64,000 nucleotides of DNA from Utricularia gibba (GCA_002189035.1 NEEC01000041.1:78719-142718); one strand, 5' to 3'. Counted from the stretch's first letter, positions 27,701-44,000 are shown. Made by a program: numbers and translations. Notes: generated from the letters alone by a model not told the origin.

Positions 27701-30700
27701 AGATTGCCTTATATTAGCCTTCAGATGTGCAACGAAGTGGCCACCACGTTCGCGACGATGCGACTCGGGACACCCGACTCGATGCGAATGTGATTTTCGG
27801 CATGCAAGACATATGTATTTCATGGGACGATGTGAAATTTGGATTTCGAGATGATCATTTAAGATGCCATGGGTGTGTCCCTAGCCACAACCTCATGGTG
27901 GCCTCGTGCACTCTTCGGTATCGAGTGGATATCTTGCAAATGGTGATGAGTCATGTTGCACATAGCATACCGTTTCGAAGCTCGTTCCGAGCCGGTCTTC
28001 TTTCGTGTTGAGAACTTGTTCGTCCGAGGAGGCACAAATGCTCGAAAGATTGCCTTATATTAGCCTTAAGATGTGCAACGAAGTGGCCACCACGTTCGCG
28101 ACGATGCGACTCGGGACACCCGACTCGATGCGAATGTGATTTTCGGCATGCAAGACATATGTATTTCATGGGACGATGTGAAATTTGGATTTCGAGATGA
28201 TCATTTAAGATGCCATGGGTGTGTCCTAGCCACAACCTCATGGTGGCCTCGTGCACTCTTCGGTATCGAGTGGATATCTTGCAAATGGTGATGAGTCATG
28301 TTGCACATAGCATACCGTTTCGAAGCTCGTTCCGAGCCGGTCTTCTTTCGTGTTGAGAACTTGTTCGTCCGAGGAGGCACAAATGCTCGAAAGATTGCCT
28401 TATATTAGCCTTCAGATGTGCAACGAAGTGGCCACCACGTTCGCGAACGAAGACTCGGGACAGTCATGCGATGCGACGATTAGCCGGACATCGAGCTTGC
28501 GATGAGTCCGAGCCGGTGTGTTCGTGTTGCTTTGCGCCTTGTGCATGGCGTTCGCGACGATAGTATGCCATGGACATATGTGTGTGAATATTTTTTTCGA
28601 GATGATCATTTAAGATGCCATGTGTGTCCCTAGCCACAACCTCATGGTGGCCTCGTGCACTCTTCGGTATCGAGTGGATATCTTGCAAATGGTGATGAGT
28701 CATGTTGCACATAGCATACCGTTTCGAAGCTCGTTCCGAGCCGGTCTTCTTTCGTGTTGAGAACTTGTTCGTCCGAGGAGGCACAAATGCTCGAAAGATT
28801 GCCTTATATTAGCCTTCAGATGTGCAACGAAGTGGCCACCACGTTCGCGACGATGCGACTCGGGACACCCGACTCGATGCGAATGTATTTCATGGGACGA
28901 TGTGAAATTTTTTCTGATCATTTCGAGAGAATTTGTGATGAAACGGAAGGTTCCGAGACATGCTCGAAAGATTGCCTTATATTAGCCTTAGATGTGCAAC
29001 GAAGTGGCCACCACGTTCGCGACGATGCGACTCGGGACACCCGACTCGATGCGAATGTGATTTTCGGCATGCAAGACATGTATTTCATGGGACGATGTGA
29101 ATATTTGGATTTCGAGATGATCATTTAAGATGCCATGGGTGTGTCCCTAGCCACAACCTCATGGTGGCCTCGTGCACTCTTCGGTATCGAGTGGATATCT
29201 TGCAAACGGTGATGAGTCATGTTGCACATATCATACCGTTTCGAAGCTCGTTCCGAGCCGGTCTTCTTTCGTGTTGAGAACTTGTTCGTCCGAGGAGGCA
29301 CAAATGCTCGAAAGATTGCCTTATATTAGCCTTAAGATGTGCAACGAAGTCCACCACGTTCGCGACGATGCGACTCGGGACACCCGACTCGATGCGAATG
29401 TGATTTTCGGCATGCAAGACATATGTATTTCATGGGACGATGTGAATATTTGGATTTCGAGATGATCATTTAAGATGCCATGGGTGTGTCCCTAGCCACA
29501 ACCTCATGGTGGCCTCGTGCACTCTTCGGTATCGAGTGGATATCTTGCAAATCGTTGCACATAGATACCGGAAGCTCGTTCCGAGCAGAACTTAGGAAGC
29601 TCGAAAGATTGCCTTATATTAGCCTTAAGATGTGCAACGAAGTGGCCACCACGTTCGCGACGATGCGACTCGGGACACCCGACTCGATGCGAATGTGATT
29701 TTCGGCATGCAAGACATATGTATTTCATGGGACGATGTGAATATTTGGATTTCGAGATGATCGATGCGAGCCATGACTCGGTATCGAGTGGATATCAGGT
29801 GATGAGTCATGTTGCACATGAAGCTCGTTCCGAAGAACCATGCTCTTGCCTTATATTAGCCTTAAGATGTGCAACGAAGTGGCCACCACGTTCGCGACGA
29901 TGCGACTCGGGACACCCGACTCGATGCGAATGTGATTTTCGGCATGCAAGACATATGTATTTCATGGGACGATGTGAAATTTGGATTTCGAGATGATCAT
30001 TTAAGATGCCATGGGTGTGTCCCTATCATGGTGACTCGGTAGAGTGCCAAATGGTGTCATGTTGCACATAGCATACCGTTTCGAAGCTCGTTCCGAGCCG
30101 GTCTAAGAACTTGTTCGTCCGAGGAGGCACAAATGCTCGAAAGATTGGCCTTAAGATGTGCGAAGTGGCCACTTCGCGACGATGCGACTCGGGACACCCG
30201 ACTCGATGCGAATGTGATTTTCGGCATGCAAGACATATGTATTTCATGGGACGATGTGAAATTTGGATTTCGAGATGATCATTTAAGATGCCATGAGCCT
30301 CATGACTCTTCGGTATCGTGCTTGCAAACGGTGATGAGTCATGTTGCACATATCATACCGTTTCGAAGCTCGTTCCGAGCCGGTCTTCTTTGTTGAGAAC
30401 TTGTTCGTCCGAGGAGGCACAAATGCTCGAAAGATTGCCTTATATTAGCCTTAAGATGTGCAACGAAGTGGCCACCACGTTCGCGACGATGCGACTCGGG
30501 ACACCGACTCGATGCGAATGTGATTTTCGGCATGCAAGACATATGTATTTCATGGGACGATGTGAAATTTGGATTTCGAGATGATCATTTAAGATGCCAT
30601 GGGTGTGTCCCTAGCCACAACCTCATGGTGGCCTCGTGCACTCTTCGGTATCGAGTGGATATCTTGCAAACGGTGATGAGTCATGTTGCACATAGCATAC

Positions 30701-32699
30701 CGTTTCGAAGCTCGTTCCGAGCCGGTCTTCTTTCGTGTTGAGAACTTGTTCGTCCGAGGAGGCACAAATGCTCGAAAGATTGCCTTATATTAGCCTTAAG
30801 ATGTGCAACGAAGTGGCCACAACGTTCGCGACGATGCGACTCGGGACACCCGACTCGATGCTGATTATGTGACGATGCGCATGATGCCAATCATGGTACT
30901 CTTCGGGACGATGTGAATACCGATTTCGAGAGAACTGATCATTTAAGATGCATGGGTGTGTCCCTATGCCATGCAACCTCATGTGAAATTTGGAGATGAT
31001 CATTTAAGATGCCATGGGTGTGTCCCTAGCCACAACCTCATGGTGGCCTCGTGCACTCTTCGGTATCGAGTGGATATCTTGCAAACGGTGATGAGTCATG
31101 TTGCACATAATACCGTTTCGAAGCTCGTTCCGAGCCGGTCTTCTTTCGTGTTGAGAACTTGTTCGTCCGAGGAGGCACAAATGCTCGAAAGATTGCCTTA
31201 TATTAGCCTTAAGATGTGCAACGAAGTGGCCACCACGTTCGCGACGATGCGACTCGGGACACCCGACTCGATGCGAATGTGATTTTCGGCATGCAAGACA
31301 TATGTATTTCATGGGACGATGTGAAATATTTCGAGATGATCATTTAAGATGCCATGGGTGTGTCCCTAGCCACAACCTCATGGTGGCCTCGTGCACTCTT
31401 CGGTATCGAGTGGATATCTTGCAAACGGTGATGAGTCCACATAGCATAAGAGGCGTCTGCTCGAAAGATTGCCTTATATTAGCCTTCCGAAGTGGCCACC
31501 ACGTTCGCGACGATGCGACTCGGGACACCGACTCGATGCGAATGTGATTTTCGGCATGCAAGACATATGTATTTCATGGGACGATGTCGCGATGGAGGCA
31601 CATCGAATGCACATGTTGCACATAGCATACCGTTTCGAAGCTCGTTCCGAGCCGGTCTCTTTCGTGTTGAGAACTTGTTCGTCCGAGGAGGCACAAATGC
31701 TCGAAAGATTGCCTTATATTAGCCTTAAGATGTGCAACGAAGTGGCCACCACGTTCGCGACGATGCGACTCGGGACACCCGACTCGATGCGAATGTGATT
31801 TTCGGCATGCAAGACATATGTATTTCATGGGACGATGTGAAATTTGGATTTCGAGATGATCATTTAAGATGCCATGGGTGTGTCCCTAGCCACAACCTCA
31901 TGGTGGCCTCGTGCACTCTTCGGTATCGAGTGGATATCTTGCAAATGGTGATGAGTCATGTTGCACATAGCATACCGTTTCGAAGCTCGTTCCGAGCCGG
32001 TCTTCTTTCGTGTTGAGAACTTGTTCGTCCGAGGAGGCACAAATGCTCGAAAGATTGCCTTATATTAGCCTTAAGATGTGCAACGAAGTGGCCACCACGT
32101 TCGCGACGATGCGACTCGGGACACCCGACTCGATGCGAATGTGATTTTCGGCATGCAAGACATATGTATTTCATGGGACGATGTGAATTTTGGATTTCGA
32201 GATGATCATTTAAGATGCCATGGGTGTGTCCCTAGCCACAACCTCATGGTGGCCTCGTGCACTCTTCGGTATCGTCTTGCAAACGGTGATTCATGCACAT
32301 AGCATACCGTTTCGAAGCTCGTTCCGAGCCGGTCTTCTTTCGTGTTGAGAACTTGTTCGTCCGAGGAGGCACAAATGCTCGAAAGATTGCCTTAAGATGT
32401 GCAACGAAGTGGCCACAACGTTCGCGACGATGCGACTCGGGACACCCGACTCGATGCGAATGTGATTTTCGGCATGCAAGACATATGTATTTCATGGGAC
32501 GATGTGAAATTTGGATTTCGAGATGATCATTTAAGATGCCATGGGTGTGTCCCTAGCCACAACCTCATGGTGGCCTCGTGCGATCGAGTGCTTGCAAACG
32601 GTGATGAGTCATGTTGCACATAGCATACCGTTTCGAAGCTCGTTCCGAGCCGGTCTTCTTTCGAGAACTTGTTCGTCCGAGGAGGCACAAATGCTCGAA

Positions 32700-33480
32700 A
32701 GATTGCCTTATATTAGCCTTAAATGTGCAACGAAGTGGCGTTCGCGACGATACTCGTCGATTGTGATTTTCGGCATGGACATATGTATTTCATGATGTGA
32801 AATTTGGATTTCGAGATGATCATTTAAGATGCCATGGGTGTGTCCCTAGCCACAACCTCATGGTGGCCTCGTGCACTCTTCGGTATCGAGTGGATATCTT
32901 GCAAATGGTGATGAGTCATGTTGCACATAGCATACCGTTTCGAAGCTCGTTCCGAGCCGGTCTTCTTTCGTGTTGAGAACTTGTTCGTCCATGAGGATAT
33001 TAGGATGTGCAACGAAATGCTGCGACTCGTCGATGCCGGCATTATGTATTTCATGCCTTCAGATGTGCAACGAAGTGGCCACCACGTTTCGCGAACACTG
33101 CTCCCTTATATTAGCACCCGACTCGAACGAATGTGATTTTTGCACATGCAAGACGATATGTATCGGGTGACGGTATCGAGTGGATAATTTGATTTCGAGA
33201 TGATTGTTCATTTATATAGCCTTCAGATGTGCAACGAAGTGGCCACCACGTTCGCGACGATGCGACTCGGGACACCCGACTCGATGCGAATGTGATTTTC
33301 GGCATGCAAGACATATGTATTTCATGGGACGATGTGAAATTTGGCCATTTAAGATGCCATGGGTGTGTCCCTAGCCACAACCTCATGACTATCGAGTGGA
33401 TATCTTGCAAATGCCATGAGTCATGTGTGCACATAGCCTTATATTAGCCGATGTTGGCGACGATGCTCGTCGATGCCGAT
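32700..33480 (+). other. Scrambled/degraded satellite patch (out-of-order monomer fragments)
   Basis: Monomer phase is lost. Short + strand monomer fragments are joined out of order, with no recognisable foreign sequence. Confidence 0.7.
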
Positions 33481-35919
33481 GCCGGTCGAGATGATCATTT
33501 AAGATGCCATGTGTGTCCCTAGCCACAACCTCATGGTGGCCTCGTGCACTCTTCGGTATCGAGTGGATATCTTGCAAATGGTGATGAGTCATGTTGCACA
33601 TAGCATACCGTTTCGAAGCTCGTTCCGAGCCGGTCTTCTTTCGTGTTGAGAACTTGTTCGTCCGAGGAGGCACAAATGCTCGAAAGATTGCCTTATATTA
33701 GCCTTAAGATGTGCAACGAAGTGGCCACCACGTTCGCGACGATGCGACTCGGGACACCCGACTCGATGCGAATGTGATTTTCGGCATGCAAGACATATGT
33801 ATTTCATGGGACGATGTGAAATTTGGATTTCGAGATGATCATTTAAGATGCCATGGGTGTGTCCCTAGCCACAACCTCATGGTGGCCTCGTGCACTCTTC
33901 GGTATCGAGTGGATATCTTGCAAATGGTGATGAGTCATGTTGCACATAGCATACCGTTTCGAAGCTCGTTCCGAGCCGGTCTTCTTTCGTGTTGAGAACT
34001 TGTTCGTCCGAGGAGGCACAAATGCTCGAAAGATTGCCTTATATTAGCGTGCAACGAAGTGGCCATTCGCGACGATGCGACTCGGGACACCCGACTCGAT
34101 GCGAATGTGATTTTCGGCATGCAAGACATATGTATTTCATGGGACGATGTGAAATTTGGATTTCGAGATGATCATTTAAGATGCCATGGGTGTGTCCCTA
34201 GCCACAACCTCATGGTGGCCTCGTGCACTCTTCGGTATCGAGTGGATATCTTGCAAATGGTGATGAGTCATGTTGCACATATCATACCGTTTCGAAGCTC
34301 GTTCCGAGCCGGTCTCTTTCGTGTTGAGAACTTGTTCGTCCGAGGAGGCACAAATGCTCGAAAGATTGCCTTATATTAGCCTTGTGCAACGAAGTGGCCA
34401 CCACGTTCGCGACGATGCGACTCGGGACACCCGACTCGATGCGAATGTGATTTTCGGCATGCAAGACATATGTATTTCATGGGACGATGTGAAATTTGGA
34501 TTTCGAGATGATCATTTAAGATGCCAAGTCATGGTGACTCTTCGATCGAGTGGATATCATGATGAGTCATGTTGCACATAGCAGAGAACTTGTTCGTCCG
34601 AGGAGGCACAAATGCTCGAAAGATTGCCTTATATTAGCCTTAGATGTGCAACGAAGTGGCCACACGTTCGCGACGATGCGACTCGGGACACCCGACTCGA
34701 TGCGAATGTGATTTTCGGCATGCAAGACATATGTATTTCATGGGACGATGTGAAATTTGGATTTCGAGATGATCATTTAAGATGCCATGGGTGTGTCCCT
34801 AGCCACAACCTCATGGTGGCCTCGTGCACTCTTCGGTATCGAGTGGATATCTTGCAAACGGTGATGAGTCATGTTGCACATAGCATACCGTTTCGAAGCT
34901 CGTTCCGAGCCGGTCTTCTTTCGTGTTGAGAACTTGTTCGTCCGAGGAGGCACAAATGCTCGAAAGATTGCCTTATATTAGCCTTAAGATGTGCAACGAA
35001 GTGGCCACCACGTTCGCGACGATGCGACTCGGGACACCCGACTCGATGCGAATGTGATTTTCGGCATGCAAGACATATGTATTTCATGGGACGATGTGAA
35101 TATTTGGATTTCGAGATGATCATTTAAGATGCCATGGGTGTGTCCCTAGCCACAACCTCATGGTGGCCTCGTGCACTCTTCGGTATCGAGTGGATATCTT
35201 GCAAATGGTGATGAGTCATGTTGCACATAGCATACCGTTTCGAAGCTCGTTCCGAGCCGGTCTTCTTTCGTGTTGAGAACTTGTTCGTCCGAGGAGGCAC
35301 AAATGCTCGAAAGATTGCCTTATATTAGCCTTAAGATGTGCAACGAAGTGGCCACCACGTTCGCGACGATGCGACTCGGGACACCGACTCGATGCGAATG
35401 TGATTTTCGGCATGCAAGACATATGTATTTCATGGGACGATGTGAATTTGGATTTCGAGATGATCATTTAAGATGCCATGGGTGTGTCCCTAGCCACAAC
35501 CTCATGGTGGCCTCGTGCACTCTTCGGTATCGAGTGGATATCTTGCAAATGGTGATGAGTCATGTTGCACATAGCATACCGTTTCGAAGCTCGTTCCGAG
35601 CCGGTCTTCTTTCGTGTTGAGAACTTGTTCGTCCGAGGAGGCACAAATGCTCGAAAGATTGCCTTATATTAGCCTTAAGATGTGCAACGAAGTGGCCACA
35701 CGTTCGCGACGATGCGACTCGGGACACCCGACTCGATGCGAATGTGATTTTCGGCATGCAAGACATATGTATTTCATGGGACGATGTGAATATTTGGATT
35801 TCGAGATGATCATTTAAGATGCCATGGGTGTGTCCCTAGCCACAACCTCATGGTGGCCTCGTGCACTCTTCGGTATCGAGTGGATATCTTGCAAACGGTG
35901 ATGAGTCATGTTGCACATA

Positions 35920-36290
35920 GATCAAGAACATTCCGGCAACGAAGTCTTCTGCGACTCGTCGATGCCGATTATGGTCTGATCATTTAAGATGTGAGGAATC
36001 TGGATGCACCACGATTTTCGAAGACATTGCGTCGAGCTTCGGATTGCCTTATATTAGCCCAACGAAGTGGCCACCACGATGCGACTCGCGACTCGATGCG
36101 ACGGCATGCAAGACATATGTATTTCATGGGACGATGTGAATATTTCGCGACGAGATGACTCATCGAGTGGATATCTTTGATGCATGCACAGACTCGTGAA
36201 TTGTATGCTTTGCATGGATGTGCAACGAAGTGTGCGACGATATTCGATGCGAATATCGATGTGATTTCATTGTGAAATTTCGCCATGGGT
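35920..36290 (+). other. Scrambled/degraded satellite patch
   Basis: Heavily shuffled monomer k-mers; regular phase resumes at ~36283. Confidence 0.7.
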
Positions 36291-39200
36291 GTGTCCCTAG
36301 CCACAACCTCATGGTGGCCTCGTGCACTCTTCGGTATCGAGTGGATATCTTGCAAATGATGAGTGTTGCACATAGCATACCGTTTCGAAGCTCGTTCCGA
36401 GCCGGTCTTCTTTCGTGTTGAGAACTTGTTCGTCCGAGGAGGCACAAATGCTCGAAAGATTGCCTTATATTAGCCTTAAGATGTGCAACGAAGTGGCCAC
36501 CACGTTCGCGACGATGCGACTCGGGACACCCGACTCGATGCGAATGTGATTTTCGGCATGCAAGACATATGTATTTCATGGGACGATGTGAAATTTGGAT
36601 TTCGAGATGATCATTTAAGATGCCATGGGTGTGTCCCTAGCCACAACCTCATGGTGGCCTCGTGCACTCTTCGGTATCGAGTGGATATCTTGCAAATGGT
36701 GATGAGTCATGTTGCACATAGCATACCGTTTCGAAGCTCGTTCCGAGCCGGTCTTCTTTCGTGTTGAGAACTTGTTCGTCCGAGGAGGCACAAATGCTCG
36801 AAAGATTGCCTTATATTAGCCTTAGATGTGCAACGAAGTGGCCACCGTTCGCGACGATGCGACTCGGGACACCCGACTCGATGCGAATGTGATTTTCGGC
36901 ATGCAAGACATATGTATTTCATGGGACGATGTGAAATTTGGATTTCGAGATGATCATTTAAGATGCCATGGGTGTGTCCCTAGCCACAACCTCATGGTGG
37001 CCTCGTGCACTCTTCGGTATCGAGTGGATATCTTGCAAACGGTGATGAGTCATGTTGCACATATCATACCGTTTCGAAGCTCGTTCCGAGCCGGTCTTCT
37101 TTCGTGTTGAGAACTTGTTCGTCCGAGGAGGCACAAATGCTCGAAAGATTGCCTTATATTAGCCTTAAGATGTGCAACGAAGTGGCCACACGTTCGCGAC
37201 GATGCGACTCGGGACACCCGACTCGATGCGAATGTGATTTTCGGCATGCAAGACATATGTATTTCATGGGACGATGTGAATATTTGGATTTCGAGATGAT
37301 CATTTAAGATGCCATGGGTGTGTCCCTAGCCACAACCTCATGGTGGCCTCGTGCACTCTTCGGTATCGAGTGGATATCTTGCAAATGGTGATGAGTCATG
37401 TTGCACATAGCATACCGTTTCGAAGCTCGTTCCGAGCCGGTCTTCGTGTTGAGAACTTGTTCGTTGCTCGAAAGATTGCCTTATATTAGCCTTGTTCCGA
37501 GGAGGCACAAATGCTCGAGTGCTCGATTGCCTTATATTAGCCTTAAGATGTGCAACGAAGTGGCCACACGTTCGCGACGATGCGACTCGGGACACCCGAC
37601 TCGATGCGAATGTGATTTTCGGCATGCAAGACATATGTATTTCATGGGACGATGTGAAATTTGGATTTCGAGATGATCATTTAAGATGCCATGGGTGTGT
37701 CCCTAGCCACAACCTCATGGTGGCCTCGTGCACTCTTCGGTATCGAGTGGATATCTTGCAAATGGTGATGAGTCATGTTGCACATAGCATACCGTTTCGA
37801 AGCTCGTTCCGAGCCGGTCTTCTTTCGTGTTGAGAACTTGTTCGTCCGAGGAGGCACAAATGCTCGAAAGATTGCCTTATATTAGCCTTCAGATGTGCAA
37901 CGAAGTGGCCACACGTTCGCGACGATGCGACTCGGGACACCCGACTCGATGCGAATGTGATTTTCGGCATGCAAGACATATGTATTTCATGGGACGATGT
38001 GAAATTTGGATTTCGAGATGATCATTTAAGATGCCATGGGTGTGTCCCTAGCCACAACCTCATGGTGGCCTCGTGCACTCTTCGGTATCGAGTGGATATC
38101 TTGCAAACGGTGATGAGTCATGTTGCACATAGCATACCGTTTCGAAGCTCGTTCCGAGCCGGTCTTCTTTCGTGTTGAGAACTTGTTCGTCCGAGGAGGC
38201 ACAAATGCTCGAAAGATTGCCTTATATTAGCCTTCAGATGTGCAACGAAGTGGCCACCACGTTCGCGACGATGCGACTCGGGACACCGACTCGATGCGAA
38301 TGTGATTTTCGGCATGCAAGACATATGTATTTCATGGGACGATGTGAATATTTGGATTTCGAGATGATCATTTAAGATGCCATGGGTGTGTCCCTAGCCA
38401 CAACCTCATGGTGGCCTCGTGCACTCTTCGGTATCGAGTGGATATCTTGCAAATGGTGATGAGTCATGTTGCACATAGCATACCGTTTCGAAGCTCGTTC
38501 CGAGCCGGTCTTCTTTCGTGTTGAGAACTTGTTCGTCCGAGGAGGCACAAATGCTCGAAAGATTGCCTTATATTAGCCTTCAGATGTGCAACGAAGTGGC
38601 CACCACGTTCGCGACGATGCGACTCGGGACACCCGACTCGATGCGAATGTGATTTTCGGCATGCAAGACATATGTATTTCATGGGACGATGTGAATATTT
38701 GGATTTCGAGATGATCATTTAAGATGCCATGGGTGTGTCCCTAGCCACAACCTCATGGTGGCCTCGTGCACTCTTCGGTATCGAGTGGATATCTTGCAAA
38801 TGGTGATGAGTCATGTTGCACATAGCATACCGTTTCGAAGCTCGTTCCGAGCCGGTCTTCTTTCGTGTTGAGAACTTGTTCGTCCGAGGAGGCACAAATG
38901 CTCGAAAGATTGCCTTATATTAGCCTTAAGATGTGCAACGAAGTGGCCACACGTTCGCGACGATGCGACTCGGGACAACTCGATGCGAATGTGATTTTCG
39001 GCATGCAAGACATATGTATTTCATGGGACGATGTGAAATTTGGATTTCGAGATGATCATTTAAGATGCCATGGGTGTGTCCCTAGCCACAACCTCATGGT
39101 GGCCTCGTGCACTCTTCGGTATCGAGTGGATATCTTGCAAATGGTGATGAGTCATGTTGCACATAGCATACCGTTTCGAAGCTCGTTCCGAGCCGGTCTT

Positions 39201-41009
39201 CTTTCGTGTTGAGAACTTGTTCGTCCGAGGAGGCACAAATGCTCGAAAGATTGCCTTATATTAGCCTTAGATGTGCAACGAAGTGGCCACCACGTTCGCG
39301 ACGATGCGACTCGGGACACCCGACTCGATGCGAATGTGATTTTCGGCATGCAAGACATATGTATTTCATGCGACGATGATGAATGGGTGTGTCCCTAGCC
39401 ACAACCTCATGGTGGCCTCGTGCACTCTTCGGTATCGAGTGGATATCTTGCAAATGGTGATGAGTCATGTTGCACATAGCATACCGTTTCGAAGCTAGCC
39501 GGTCTTCCGTCCGTGCTCGAAAGATTGCGAGCAACGAAGTGGCCACCACGTTCTCTCGATGTGTGATATGTATTTCATGATATCTTGCAAATCATGTTGC
39601 ACATAGCGCCTTAGATGTGCAACGAAGTGGCCACCACGTTCGCGACGATGCGACTCGGGACACCCGACTCGATGCGAATGTGATTTTCGGCATGCAAGAC
39701 ATATGTATTTCATGGGACGATGTGAAATTTGGATTTCGAGATGATCATTTAAGATGCCATGGGTGTGTCCCTAGCCACAACCTCATGGTGGCCTCGTGCA
39801 CTCTTCGGTATCGAGTGGATATCTTGCAAACGGTGATGAGTCATGTTGCACATAGCATACCGTTTCGAAGCTCGTTCCGAGCCGGTCTTCTTTCGTGTTG
39901 AGAACTTGTTCGTCCGAGGAGGCACAAATGCTCGAAAGATTGCCTTATATTAGCCTTCAGATGTGCAACGAAGTGGCCACCACGTTCGCGACGATGCGAC
40001 TCGGGACACCGACTCGATGCGAATGTGATTTTCGGCATGCAAGACATATGGGACGATGTGAATATTTGGATTTCGAGATGATCATTTAAGATGCCATGGG
40101 TGTGTCCCTAGCCACAACCTCATGGTGGCCTCGTGCACTCTTCGGTATCGAGTGGATATCTTGCAAATGGTGATGAGTCATGTTGCACATAGCATACCGT
40201 TTCGAAGCTCGTTCCGAGCCGGTCTTCTTTCGTGTTGAGAACTTGTTCGTCCGAGGAGGCACAAATGCTCGAAAGATTGCCTTATATTAGCCTTCAGATG
40301 TGCAACGAAGTGGCCACCACGTTCGCGACGATGCGACTCGGGACACCCGACTCGATGCGAATGTGATTTTCGGCATGCAAGACATATGTATTTCATGGGA
40401 CGATGTGAATTTTGGATTTCGAGATGATCATTTAAGATGCCATGGGTGTGTCCCTAGCCACAACCTCATGGTGGCCTCGTGCACTCTTCGGTATCGAGTG
40501 GATATCTTGCAAATGGTGATGAGTCATGTTGCACATAGCATACCGTTTCGAAGCTCGTTCCGAGCCGGTCTTCTTTCGTGTTGAGAACTTGTTCGTCCGA
40601 GGAGGCACAAATGCTCGAAAGATTGCCTTATATTAGCCTTAGATGTGCAACGAAGTGGCCACCACGTTCGCGACGATGCGACTCGGGACACCCGACTCGA
40701 TGCGAATGTGATTTTCGGCATGCAAGACATATGTATTTCATGGGACGATGTGAATATTTCGAGATGATCATTTAAGATGCCATGGGTGTGTCCCTAGCCA
40801 TCATGGTGGCCTCGTGCACTCTTCGGTATCGAGTGGATATCTTGCAAATGGTGATGAGTCATGTTGCACCATACCGTTTCGAAGCTCGTTCCGAGCCGGT
40901 CTTCTTTCGTGTTGAGAACTTGTTCGTCCGAGGAGGCACAAATGCTCGAAAGATTGCCTTATATTAGCCTTCAGATGTGCAACGAAGTGGCGTTCGCGAC
41001 GATGCGACT

Positions 41010-44000
41010 CGGGATCGATGCCGGCATGCAAGACATATGTATTTCATGGGACGATGTGAATATTTGGATTTCGAGATGATCATTTAAGATGCCATGGGTG
41101 TGTCCCTAGCCACAACCTCATGGTGGTGCACTCTTCGGTATCGCATCTGTCACATAGGTATCGAGTGGATATTCCGCCTCCGGTGATTCTTTTGCACGCA
41201 TTGTCGTTCCGTCTGTGTTGAGAACTTGTTCGTCCGAGGAGGCACAAATGCTCGAAAGATTGCCTTATATTAGCCTTCAGATGTGCAACGAAGTGGCCAC
41301 CACGTTCGCGACGATGCGACTCGGGACACCCGACTCGGCCACATGCAAGACGTGCGATGCGATGCGACTCGGGACATCGAGTGGATATCTTGCATGACTC
41401 GATGCGAATCGTGATTTCTCGTGCATGCAAAGATTGCCTTATATTAGCCTAGATGTTGGGTGCGGACTCGATCGATGCCACAACCGAGATGTCATGGATG
41501 CCATGGGTGTGTCCCTAGCCACAACCTCATGGTGGCCTCGTGCACTCTTCGGTATCGAGTGGATATCTTGCAAACGGTGATGAGTCATGTTGCACATAGC
41601 ATACATCGTTCCGAGCACATGCTCGAAAGGCCTTATTTTAGCCTTCAATGCCGGTCCACGAGGAATCGAGTGGATGCACGTTGCGGGAAGCACACTCGTC
41701 GATGCGAATTGCCTTATATTAGCCTTACAACGAAGTGGCCACCACGTTCGCGACGATGCGACTCGGGACACCCGACTCGATGCGAATGTGATTTTCGGCA
41801 TGCAAGACATATGTATTTCATGGGACGATGTGAAATATTTGGATTTCGAGATGATCATTTAAGATGCCATGGGTGTGTCCCTAGCCACAACCTCATGGTG
41901 GCCTCGTGCACTCTTCGGTATCGAGTGGATATCTTGCAATGGTGATGAGTCATGTTGCACATAGATAGCCGAAGCTCGTTCCGAGCCGGTCGACTTTCGT
42001 GTCGAAAGATTGGTCCCGAGGACACATCGAAGGTGCGTTATATTATGCGAGATGTGCACGAAGTGGCCACTCGTTCGCGACGATGCGACTCGGGACACCC
42101 GATGATGCGAATGTGATTTCGGATGAATTTATATGGGTGTGTCGATGTTAACTTCATTGGCATGCCATGGGTGTGTCCCTAGCGACTCTTCGGTATCGAG
42201 TGGATATCAGCAAATCATGAGTCATGTTGCACATAGCACCGTTTTGCTTTCCGAGCCGGTCTTGAAGAACTTGTTCGTCCGAGGAGGCACATGCTCGAAA
42301 GATTGCCTTATATTAGCCTTACATGTTCGCGACGATGCGACTTCGATGCCATGCAAGACATATGTATTTCATGTGTCGCGGAGGACTCATCGACACCGAT
42401 GATCAATTATTTTGCGGTGTGCAACGAAGTGGCGTTCGCGACGATGCGACTCGGGACTCGATGCGAATGTGATTTTCGGCAAGGGACGATGTGAATATTT
42501 CGAGATGATGATGCCATGAGCCACAACCTCATGGTGACTCTTCGGTATCGAGTGGATATCTTGCAAATGATGAGTGTTGCACATATCATACCGTTTCGAA
42601 GCTCGTTCCGAGCCGGTCTTCTTTCGTGTTGAGAACTTGTTCGTCCGAGGAGGCACAAATGCTCGAAAGATTGCCTTATATTAGCCTTAGATGTGCAACG
42701 AAGTGGCCACCACGTTCGCGACGATGCGACTCGGGACACCCGACTCGATGCGAATGTGATTTTCGGCATGCAAGACATATGTATTTCATGGGACGATGTG
42801 AATTTTGGATTTCGAGATGATCATTTAAGATGCCATGGGTGTGTCCCTAGCCACAACCTCATGGTGGCCTCGTGCACTCTTCGGTATCGAGTGGATATCT
42901 TGCAAACGGTGATGAGTCATGTTGCACATAGCATACCGTTTCGAAGCTCGTTCCGAGCCGGTCTTCTTTCGTGTTGAGAACTTGTTCGTCCGAGGAGGCA
43001 CAAATGCTCGAAAGATTGCCTTATATTAGCCTTCAGATGTGCAACGAAGTGGCCACCACGTTCGCGACGATGCGACTCGGGACACCGACTCGATGCGAAT
43101 GTGATTTTCGGCATATGCAACGACGAGATGATCATTTAAGATGCCATTGTGTCCCTAGCCAGGTGACTCTTCGGTATCGAGTGGATATCTTGCATCATGT
43201 TGCACATTTCGAGATGATCATTTATATTAGCCTTATGTGCAACGAAGTGGCCACACGTTCGCGACGATGCGACTCGTCGATGCCACAACATGGGACCATG
43301 GATGCCATGGGTGTGTCCCTAGCCACAACCTCATGGTGGCCTCGTGCACTCTTCGGTATCGAGTGGATATCTTGCAAACGGTGATGAGTCATGTTGCACA
43401 TAGATAGCCGTGCAGGAGGCACAAATGCTCCGAGATGTGCAACGAAGTGGCTTCTGTCGTTCCGACCCTCTTCGCCGAGGCAAAATGCCAATAGGGATCG
43501 AATTATTGCCTTATATTAGCCTTAAGATGTGCACCGACGGCGCGACGATGCGACTCGGGACACCGACTCGATGCGAATGTGATTTTCGGCATGCAAGACA
43601 TATGTATTTCATGGGACGATGTGAATATTTGGATTTCGAGATGATCATTTAAGATGCCATGGGTGTGTCCCTAGCCACAACCTCATGGTGGCCTCGTGCA
43701 CTCTTCGGTATCGAGTGGATATCTTGCAAATGGTGATGAGTCATGTTGCACATAGCATACCGTTTCGAAGCTCGTTCCGAGCCGGTCTTCTTTCGTGTTG
43801 AGAACTTGTTCGTCCGAGGAGGCACAAATGCTCGAAAGATTGCCTTATATTAGCCTTCAGATGTGCAACGAAGTGGCCACCACGTTCGCGACGATGCGAC
43901 TCGGGACACCGACTCGATGCGAATGTGATTTTCGGCATGCAAGACATATGTATTTCATGGGACGAGATGATCATTTAAGATGCCATAGCCACAACCTTGG

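Noticed and set aside
29591-33005. Isolated TTAGG pentamers (~29592, ~33000)
   Set aside because: These are single copies within degraded patches, not telomeric tracts.
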